From positions 5,332,001-5,396,000 of the forward strand of contig JAWMAR010000145.1 of NCBI GenBank assembly GCA_036785375.1: a stretch of DNA of 64,000 nucleotides, read 5' to 3'. Below, in pieces: positions 22,837-32,800 of the stretch (position 1 is the first letter of the stretch; every line of letters starts with the position of its first letter). The notes beneath the pieces were generated by a model, which searched no databases, had not been told where the DNA came from, and saw nothing but the letters and a program-made list of their open reading frames with translations. The position numbers were made by a program, and so were the translations under genes. This DNA comes from Leucoraja ocellata (Eukaryota).

Positions 22837-25800
22837 CATTTAACTAGATAACCGAGTTTTTGGATTAAACAGATGAGGAACTAAGAAGTTTGATATCGAA
22901 CGCATTCGGCCCAACTGCTAACTCACATTTATTGGTGCCCCCGTTTCAAACTCATATTCCGTTTTCAGATCTGGGCGGGTTTGGCAGGAGCAAGTTTTGG
23001 TCTCATGTTCAGACTTGGTCTCACACTCGGTGTCAGATTTAGGATGCTTTTGTATTACTTCCTTTATACTCAAATCATTATCTAAATGGTGCGGTGCACA
23101 GCTGCAGCCCCGAGTTATAGTGACGGCCCCACCACACACTGAGTTGAGGAACAAAGAGGCGCTGCAAATATATGCTCGGACACACGCACAGAGCTCCTCG
23201 CTGCAGGCAGCTAATTCTTTATGTTAAAAGAAAGCAAATAGAGGCACCATCTCACTACTTAGCATTAAAAAGGTTCCAAACAAGGTTTGCTAAATTCCCA
23301 GCTAGTCAAACAGGCTGCTTGGATGTTTTTACAAAAACCCATTGCGAAGGCCTGAGATTACAGGTTATATTTCTCACACAGGTTCCACCTTCCTAACTCC
23401 CAAGGTACAGTCTCGGATTTATGATCCTGCAGGTCCCTATCAGCCTGGTAAAGTCGAACACGAAGTCCAGCACCGTATATATTATCACAGTGCAAGCCCA
23501 TGTAGAAAGGAGATTAGAAATATATTGGGGGGGGGGGGGGGGGTTGAATGGAAAAGCACAAGATAAACATATATTTCAGTCTAGTCCTATCGTCAAATGT
23601 TAAACGAGTATTTATCATTTCGGTTGTGTGTATAACGCTGAATAGCTCCCATTATTGTTTAATCCCGTGTCCAGATTAAACTATGGTAGCTAGCTATTCC
23701 AGACAGGTGCCAGCATGAAGCAGCCCTGTGACACCGGCGAGTTGGAAGTGTAAAAGTCTCCTGCACAGGTGAGAGCGTCACCTGCATGCTATTCCGCTCC
23801 CAGCCTTGAGATCAGTGCAGTTTCTTGAGGACAGAAGCCCCCCCCCCCCCCCACCCATGGCATTTGAATCAATTCCTGGTAGGCTAAAGAGTCGTTGGAA
23901 GAATCCCCCTGTCTGAGCGTTTGGTTAATTCCACGCGGGGTGAAGAGGTGGTGGTGGGAGGTGGTGGGAGGGGGAGGGGGGAAGGGAAGGGAGGGGGCGC
24001 CACGTAGCTTGAGACCGTTCCCTCGAAGCCGCCAACATGATAGGTAAGGACGTCCCGATCGGCTGCACTTTAACATCATTGGAAAGCAGCATAGCTACGC
24101 TGACGCCGTTGTATCAATTCATCCCCGCCCCTTTAGTTTTGGGTTCAGGTTTATTATTGTCACGTGTACCGAGATACAGTGAAACGCTTTTGCCTCACTT
24201 GCAAATCTTCGTTTAGTGTCTAAGATTAATAAATGCACTGAGCCTAAGTCAGGGAGCAATACAAACAAAAAATGCATGCCCACGTCAATGAGACAGTTTA
24301 AGTTACAGTCATATTACCTCAAAGGTGTTATATTTCCCCCACTCACTGTTTAGATGGGATTTGGTCTTTGCTCCAGGTTTACACTGGATATATATGGGGG
24401 GCGGGGTGGACAAAGCAGAAAGACTAGTCCAAATCCCCCAGCAGAACGGAGTCCTGTGTTATCCCATTGAGTCTCGCTCAGGTTCAGCATCACTGCCTCT
24501 GATTACAATACAAAAAGTGTGACAGCTCGGGAGTGTCATTGGTAAACCTAATTACACCGGAAATGGGAAGTGTTCAACGGTGTAATTGAAAGTGCAAGTG
24601 TTAGTGTATGGCGCGGCATCGGTGTCTTCCTCGGGAGCGCTCCAAAGTAGCGCCTGCCTGTTCTGTCACTGGCGAAGTGTGATCGAAGCACTCGCCGATT
24701 CCGGCGCAACCCTTTGCAGAACGGCCTGAGAACAATCCGCGGAGTCGCCAGGCTTTATGCCCGACACGGTGCACGGCCGGGGGGGGGATGCCCTGGACGT
24801 GGTCGGCTAAATCGGATGAATTTAGCAAAGGATTGGGCTGCATTTCTGTTCAAACCATAATGGACTCCACTGTCCACAAGCGGACGGCGAGGCTGGAGGA
24901 TGCTGCTCCCCGGACTGTCCGCTACCCTCACCCTAAAGCGGGCGCACCGGATTGCTGTTTGTGGCTGATGTTAATGTGGATCTAGTAACCATTTCAAGTC
25001 CCGTTCTCAGACCCGATCCTTGTGAGTCCAGCTGCGGGAAGGGGCGGGGGAGGGGGGAGACTGGGGAACGCACACATTCCCTTGAGCACTTAATGCTGGC
25101 GGAATGCGAATCGCCACCCTCTCCGAGACGGGCAAACTTCGGACGCTCCCCGCCGCAGGAAGGGGCAAGGTAGTAAATCGAGGTTGACACACAGCAACAG
25201 CGAAGGCCGCCTCCGCTCTCGAAGGTGCGCGAACAAGTGTGTATGGGACGGAGAATACTTTGCACTAGATTTGGTATGTGTTTGAGTTTAAAGACCCGGA
25301 ATTAGCAGGTTTGGATTTCTCCGGCGGAGCCCTTACAGCGGCGAATTGTTTTAGAGTCGGATCGTCTGTCCCAATATAACAAGCTGGTCACTGTGACGTG
25401 AAAACTTAAGTCAAGTAACCTGGGGTAAAATAAAGGAGATAAGCACTAAGTGCTGCAGTAACCCAGCCGGTCAGACAGCAACTGTGGAGAAAATGGATGG
25501 GTCTGATTGCTGGAAAAAAGTGCTTAAATAGTTGATATGTGTGGGGAAGCCTGTGGAGGTGCATGCTGGAGTCGCTTGTCTTACTTTACAGTGCGAGCGA
25601 AACGCGATGCAAGAAAGTAGAAGAGTAGAAAGAAGCAAAGATCACTTGTGAAGATAATTTTCCTTTAACCCAACAAGGCAACAACTCTGGAAACAACAAC
25701 GGCAGGGGCCTCTGGAGATGTTTGGCACCTTCCTCCAAGTCATTTTCTACCGCGTTCCTATTGCTTCGAAGTATTTCATACACTTGTATCCCCCTTTTCG

Positions 25801-26049
25801 ACCCAGATATGCTACATTTCCCATTTGCACGGAGTTATAACACTTGCAAAGCTGTGTAATAACTGCACACGGCGCCGGAGCTCCCGGGCTGTTCACTTTG
25901 CTGCTTTTGTTTTGATTCCTCTTTGGGAGAGCAGCAGCTATTTAGTTTCCTTGCTCTCTGTGTGTTTCTCTCTCCTCCCCTGCGCTTCCCCCTTTGCCTC
26001 CTTCTGCGTGGTTGCCCCGGGTCCAGAGAGCAATGAAAGAAATCCCCCA

Positions 26050-26220
26050 CCGGGCCCGCCCGCCCGCCCGCCCACCAATCGCATGCCGGGGATGCTGCTC
26101 CCTGGCCGGGGTTGCCATGGCAGCTCACATCAATCATGCGGCGAGCAGCCAATGGGAGGCCCGGGGCCGGCGCGTACACAGCGTCGGCTTTTCCTAGCTC
26201 GGCGCTGCTGCCAATGATCC
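26050..26220 (+). promoter_or_regulatory. POU3F2 proximal promoter: GC-box array, three CCAAT boxes, RFX X-box
   Basis: Overlapping CCCGCC repeats ~26055-26073; CCAAT at 26075, 26149 and 26211; GTTGCCATGGCAGC at 26111-26124. Confidence 0.65.
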
Positions 26221-26287
26221 GAGCTCGGTGCAAGTTGTCAAAGGCTCGGCTCGTTTAACAAGTCAGATCACTCCGGCTCAGCAAGTC

Positions 26288-27463
26288 ATGGCGACCACAG
26301 CATCAAATCATTACATTACGAGCGGCAATATCCTCACCTCCAACTCCATCGTGCACGCCGCCGAGCCGGGGAGCATGCAACAAGGGACAGCCTACAGGGA
26401 TGCACAGAAACTGGTCCAGAATGATTACATGCAAAGCAATGGGCACCCTCTCAGCCACGCTCACCAATGGTTAACCGCTCTCTCACACGCCGAGGGATCT
26501 CCGTGGTCGGCCGGCGTGGCGGCCAGTCCCCTCGGCCAGCAAGACATCAAGCCCACGGTGCAAACGGGGAGGGACGAACTCCACAGTGGGGGCACTTTGC
26601 ACCACCGGCCGCCTCACATGGTGCACCAGCACGGCAACCACCACGGTGCATGGGGCAACACCACCTCACCCCACATCCCCAGCATGGCATCCAACGGCCA
26701 AAGTCTCATCTACTCGCAGCCGGGCTTCACGGTCAATGGCATGATCAACCCGGCATCGACCCAAGGCATGCACCATGGGCTGAGGGAAGCCCACGAGGAG
26801 CATCACCACGGGGACCACGGTCAACATCACCAACAGCAACATCAGCAGCAGCAGCAGCAGCACCACCAGCAGCAGCAGCAGCACCACCAGCATCAGGGTC
26901 ACGAGCACTCGGACGAGGACACCCCTACCTCGGACGACTTGGAACAGTTCGCCAAGCAGTTCAAACAGAGGAGGATCAAGCTAGGATTTACCCAAGCCGA
27001 CGTGGGACTAGCTCTTGGGACGCTCTACGGCAATGTCTTCTCGCAGACTACCATCTGCAGGTTCGAAGCGCTTCAGCTGAGCTTTAAAAACATGTGCAAA
27101 CTCAAACCCTTGTTGAACAAGTGGCTGGAGGAGGCCGACTCGTCGTCCGGAAGCCCCACCAGCATAGACAAAATCGCTGCCCAAGGCAGAAAGAGGAAAA
27201 AGAGGACCTCGATCGAGGTGAGCGTCAAGGGAGCTTTGGAGAGCCATTTTTTGAAGTGCCCGAAGCCCTCGGCCCCGGAGATCACTTCTCTGGCGGACAG
27301 TCTGCAGCTGGAGAAAGAGGTGGTCAGGGTTTGGTTTTGTAACAGAAGACAAAAAGAGAAACGAATGACTCCTCCCGGAGGAGCACACCCCGGAGCCGAG
27401 GATGTATATGGGGCGAGGGACACCCCGCCGTCACACCATGGGGTTCAGACTTCTGTACAGTGA
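26288..27463 (+). CDS. POU3F2: POU class 3 homeobox 2 (Brn-2), intronless, 391 aa
   Basis: ATG in GTCATGG context; N-terminus MATTASNHY and [13 protein letters not shown]; POU-specific domain ([30 protein letters not shown]...) and homeodomain ([10 protein letters not shown]...[12 protein letters not shown]); C-terminus [22 protein letters not shown] is POU3F2-like; FBXL4 neighbour supports orthology. Confidence 0.96.
   Translation: MATTASNHYITSGNILTSNSIVHAAEPGSMQQGTAYRDAQKLVQNDYMQSNGHPLSHAHQWLTALSHAEGSPWSAGVAASPLGQQDIKPTVQTGRDELHSGGTLHHRPPHMVHQHGNHHGAWGNTTSPHIPSMASNGQSLIYSQPGFTVNGMINPASTQGMHHGLREAHEEHHHGDHGQHHQQQHQQQQQQHHQQQQQHHQHQGHEHSDEDTPTSDDLEQFAKQFKQRRIKLGFTQADVGLALGTLYGNVFSQTTICRFEALQLSFKNMCKLKPLLNKWLEEADSSSGSPTSIDKIAAQGRKRKKRTSIEVSVKGALESHFLKCPKPSAPEITSLADSLQLEKEVVRVWFCNRRQKEKRMTPPGGAHPGAEDVYGARDTPPSHHGVQTSVQ
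26822..26896 (+). repeat. CAG/CAC/CAT trinucleotide tract encoding poly-Q/H in POU3F2
   Basis: [25 protein letters not shown] just before the POU domain. Confidence 0.95.
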
Positions 27464-27769
27464 ATGCTCTCCCCTTCACATCTTTTGTTCCTTTTATTTG
27501 TTCTTTTCTTAACGAACAGCTTAAAACACCGGACTATCGTTGCGATAGCACATGTTAATGGTGTGTTTTGACCTGTACAGATGGAGCTGGCGGGCAAATG
27601 GAGTGAGTATATAAATAATAACAGAGGCACTGATATACATACCTTTACAAAACTGTGGCGAAGAGACACAAAACTGCCTAGGATAGAATGGGACCAGAAA
27701 GGCTGCTATAATTCTTAATGTATAGATCCACTGTGACAGGCAGGAGCAAAGGGTTGTGTGTGTGTGCGC

Positions 27770-27939
27770 NNNNNNNNNNNNNNNNNNNNNNNNNNNNNNN
27801 NNNNNNNNNNNNNNNNNNNNNNNNNNNNNNNNNNNNNNNNNNNNNNNNNNNNNNNNNNNNNNNNNNNNNNNNNNNNNNNNNNNNNNNNNNNNNNNNNNNN
27901 NNNNNNNNNNNNNNNNNNNNNNNNNNNNNNNNNNNNNNN
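27770..27939. other. Assembly gap (N run) after a (GT)n stub in the POU3F2 3' region
   Basis: Run of N. Confidence 0.99.
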
Positions 27940-28265
27940 AGAGGATTTGGCCACGAGCTGCAGTTTTGATTGCTGCAAGAAAAAGGTATAGGGAGGAGAA
28001 AGGGAAATTCCAATACACTGCTCTCCGGGACTCGCCACCGTTCGAGACACTTGCGGGTTTGCTTCAAAGAAAATCCCACCAGAGTGGGAGACATTTCTCC
28101 CGGGCGCTGAATTGTACAAGTCGAAAGGCAGTGTATGTGAGGAGAAAATAGGCTGTGTCAATCAGACAGAGAGGGGCTCAGCTCCAACCATACAGTTCTC
28201 TCCGGGAACTGAAGTTGGGAGCTGCGAAATAGCAAACAGGATCAATTAACAGACACAAAGAAGGA

Positions 28266-28473
28266 AATAAATGAACGATAAATCGATACATTTCAGGCGC
28301 TATAAAGTATTACAGATCACCGACTAAAAGTTTTATCCCCATGTTTAATAAAAAAAAAAACTAATTCCGGTGGCAAGAAATGCAATACCTTTTATACGAG
28401 AGGACTATTACAAATATGCTAGCTAGCGTCTTTACGCCTCCGAATTAGCACTGTACAATAATGAATAAATAAA
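28266..28473 (+). terminator. Candidate POU3F2 polyadenylation signals
   Basis: AATAAA at 28266, 28347, 28464 and 28468; the true 3' end cannot be determined here. Confidence 0.3.
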
Positions 28474-29838
28474 ATTTCAGAGTCAAAATGTTGTAGTTCC
28501 TGCCACATTTTTTCGAAAGAATATATTGCAGTATAAAACATTGTACTTATTAAACGTGCGTCTACAATCTAACATAAAACAATCCACAGTCGGGTAAAAT
28601 GAAACAAAAAAAAGACCTTTAAAACGTATCAGTATATTGCGCTTTCTTACAAAGAACATATCCAAACATTCAAAATTCTAGAAAAGGTGTGTACATATTT
28701 GAGATATTTTGATGTGGTGATATGATTGTAATTTAACCGCAGTTATAGCGATTCCTAAAGACAATAAAATTTAGTAAGTGTTAGAGAAACATTTAAAAAT
28801 GTAAAAAAAAACACCAGGTCAGGTAGGTTGGTACAGGCAGAAATAATCCTGAGACACAAACTGAATTTTGTGTCTGTTCGTTTAGTGAAATGAAGTTGAA
28901 CGTGGAGTACTTTGTTAGAACCTTTTCGCATAGGTTTATGGAGAGCGGTTACCCATGCACATCTTATACCACTATGTATATATGTTGCATAAATTTGTCT
29001 TTTGAACTGAAGAAGATGAACAATATCTGAATGATTTTTTTTCCTTGTATACATTTTTCCATAATGCTGCCCAGGGAATTTTAATATCATTTTCACGTGG
29101 CCTGCCTCAATGTATTTATTTCTTTAAAAGAAGTTTTGGAAACTGTTTCTTCTGTAGCTTTAATTGATTAGATGTTATATGTGGGATGTAATTTTTTTCC
29201 GTTATGCTTTCCCCCCTCCCCACCCTTCTCTTGAAAAGATTGTTTTTGGTACATTTCAATGTGTCTTGTGAAGATAAACGAAGCAACGCAGAGTCCCTTA
29301 TATATTTATGTTAAAGTAATATTTTATTACTTACATAAAACAAGCGATCGCACAACCTTGAAGTCTTATGTGGTGGTTTTGTGGGGAAATTATATTTTCT
29401 GAGCGGATGGTGGGAACGGATAGTTTATCCACTAAACCGGTATCAGGGCTACAGTATTATTCTAATGAGACAATAAGTATAATATTCACATCTATAAACA
29501 CAACAATCGTTTCAAGATCATCTCAATAGATATGAAGAAACACTCCTAGAAACAGAAATACATTGTTTTAAAACAATCTTTATTCCGTACTGCATTTTTT
29601 ATTTTTTTTGTGCGCGTGGAGAGACACAATACCTTTCAAATTTGTACCATTACACCTTACATTGGTCTATGTGACGCGCACACATCTATGTTCTTATTAC
29701 TAAATCGTTCTTTTGAATTATAAATGTTAACCTATTTTAGGATATCTTACATATCATTTTAATTATAATTAATAATAATGATGCAGATGAGTAAATGTAT
29801 AATGGTTAAAATTGATCTGCATACATTATGTATATATA

Positions 29839-29843
<5 letters not shown>

Positions 29844-29890
<47 letters not shown>
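29844..29890. repeat. (TA)n microsatellite
   Basis: Perfect TA run. Confidence 0.98.
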
Positions 29891-29892
<2 letters not shown>

Positions 29893-32800
29893 CCAATCTA
29901 GATATTCTTTAAGACATTTCAACTAATATGTCACAGTGGCCAGTTTCAAATAGAATCAATTATTCTGCACGTATTTCCTCTCTCGCAATGCAAAACCGAT
30001 CGGTTTCTCTGATGATCTTTTAAATATAAATCCACACACCTACATTTTTAATTTTGGCTAGCAGCGTCTTATTTTTTGAATTGGGTACAATATTTGACAA
30101 ATCAGCTTTGTTTTTAGAGTTAAAAGCTGGCTGTAGACCAGTTCACCTCCACGTTAAGTCATTGTTACACGCGTACAGAAGATATTCAGCTAAATTATCT
30201 TATCAATACAAAGAGAAATTTGACAGAAAGAAGAAGTGTTTTCTGACCACAAACGTGCTGATCGGGTGAAATGTTTTATTTGACTATAGATCTGGGAGCA
30301 TTGTTCAATAGTTGCCTCTGCTTGATCAGGAAGGAGCGTGACTGCCCTCTGTTGGCCAGTGTCTCAGATAGGATGGTGATCAACGAACCCTTTCCTTCCA
30401 GAGCAGTTCGATTTTACCTGGCGGCGTTTACCCCGTTTGCTGGTTTCGAAGTCAGATCATTTACATCTATAACCAACTTATCCCTTCTCATAAATTACCA
30501 TTGACACGAAATGTTAACAATCCAATATGCTGATTATTTGGGAAAAACTAATTGGCAATGGAGAGGTGTATTTTCCCTTTTTAATATAATTTTGCTGTAT
30601 ACCGAATTCCATGCTAAACTTCAGGAAAGTGGTAACTACATCAGCGAAGTGCTAACATCCATGCAGCAGGTTAAATTATTTTGTGGTTCTGAGGTTGTAG
30701 ATTTTATATACTAGAAATATGTTGTGTTATTGCACTCTACAGTATATGTAAACGAGTAAACCATAACAAATATCAAATAATAACAACATTTAGTAAATGC
30801 CGTATATCCATACATACAAAATTAAAAATGGTATACTTATTTATGAGTTTCTAGATTATCTTCAGTTCTTAGGGTAAATGCAATCGTAACTTTAAAGTTG
30901 TGCAATCTATAGAACACGTTGAACGCGATCGCTTTCGCCGAATTTCGTCCCATTTTCCTTATGCCCACTTTTAAATTAGTTTCATACCAAGAGGTGAAAT
31001 GAAGCCGTAAATGCAGAGAGCCGGAGTAATCGGATTAGCTCATAGATCTAACGCTGAGGGAAGTTTCGGACGTATTTCACTATTAAAATGAATTATTGAA
31101 TTAGGCTCCGGTAATCGATCCAGTAATTTGATTTTACAGACTGTTTGAAAACACCGTGCTCCAACCAATCCACCCCCAAACCCCATAACCTCCGCAACGG
31201 CAGTCGCAGGCGCTCTAAAGCCAACTACAAAATAATATTAAATGTTACTTCCATCCACGTTTTGACATGCTTTAGATTCTCTCGGATAGAATGGAAGAAA
31301 TTATTTTAGACTTCAAGGGCAGATTGTGCAAGAGATGTGTATTCCTAAACCGTTAGTATAGTCAGCTGGATTTCAATACAGCTATTACACCACGATATTT
31401 GCCCTGTCTTGTTCGCTTTCATCGTGAGTATGATGAACCTGAATTATTTTCAGTTCCAAATGAATGGTTGAATGTCAAAATGCGATTCCCTAAAAACGTA
31501 ATATATTTTGTCCTTGAAATAGAAAATTGATGCAAAATGAAATGCTCGCCCGTGGGTGTGTCTGTGTGTGTGAGAGAGTGTGTAGTGTGGGAAGTGGTGA
31601 ACGGGAGGAGGGTGAGGGGGGGGGGGGGGGGGGGTGTGGATTTCGAAATCAAGCCACACTCTGTCTAAAAGTTGATGATAATATAATATAACCATATAAC
31701 AATTGAGTATAGAAGTTGGGATGTTTCCGGGCTCTTCCTCAGCGGTTGTGTGGGTGGGTGTGGGGGTGGATGGAGGGCGCATGGGAAGAGGGTAGGGATG
31801 GGGGAGGGGGTGGGGGGTGGGGGAGGGGGGAGGAGTAACATCCAGAATTGTAGCTGCCAGTACATCAAATATTGGACATTTGTTATTGGAAACATGTTGG
31901 CACGATGAACACGGCCAGGCACCGTCAAATCTAAAGCAAAATCATAGTTTGAGGATGTTTGCAAGAATATTTTACTTCTATGCAGTAACGGTACACAGTT
32001 CATTGTTATAAAACTGCAATGTGGTTTATTAAAGCAGGATAACACGTTTGAACGGGAATAACCCCTTTTAACCGTTACAAAACTCTAGCGGAGATATATT
32101 TTAGATAATATAACATGCGATATTGTGGTGCCGGTACCGGTCGATGTGTTGTGTTTTGGAACACACGTCATGTTGAGAACAACGAGTTACTTGGTTACTT
32201 GTTCGACGTTCTTCTGTCTATAAATAAGTATCGCGGTCTATTCAAACTGCTCTCCCAACCGCTTCGACCCCGTCCATGAAATACCCAAACAGCTGGTCTT
32301 TAGCACCAGACCCAGAATAATTCAGATATTCAGGGGAAGAAATCCGAATAGGTTAAATCCGTGAAACCAATACGAACCTGTTGTCAGACTAAAGAGCTCG
32401 TTTCATTTGAGGAGTAAAAGTATGAACGGGTTATTTGTTCCCAGTTGATCAGCGATACAAATCAAGAGCGCGGCAACACGCTTTGCTCCAAAACTATATC
32501 GAAACTCCGTCAGAACTGTTAGAACCTTATTTGTGCTAATGCACGAACAAAGGCGACGACGCTAACATCCTTAGTAAACTTCTATGTTAAACGCAAGGGC
32601 TTGCAGCTACAATTTCAAACTAACCTATACAGGAGTTAAGGCACGGAATTATAACGAGATGCGAATCCTAGATAAGGCTGTGAATACACAAACGTGTGAT
32701 TACACCGACACATTCTGTGCAATAGAATGAACCTATTACGGAGTTACTCGCGGGGGTCCTAAATAAAATCCCGAGAATGCTTTTTCACTAAAAATCAAAT

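Larger units (their letters stand above)
24600..27430. promoter_or_regulatory. CpG-rich island over the POU3F2 upstream region and gene body
   Basis: Visibly high GC and CpG density at 24600-25350 and 25860-27430 relative to the flanks. Confidence 0.7.

Noticed and set aside
26228-26287. 411 aa ORF start at GTG 26228 as the main POU3F2 start
   Set aside because: The conserved N-terminus MAT(T/A)ASNHY begins at ATG 26288 in a good Kozak context.
26467-27423. Overlapping and antisense ORFs within POU3F2
   Set aside because: Expected by-products of a GC-rich coding sequence and the CAG tract.
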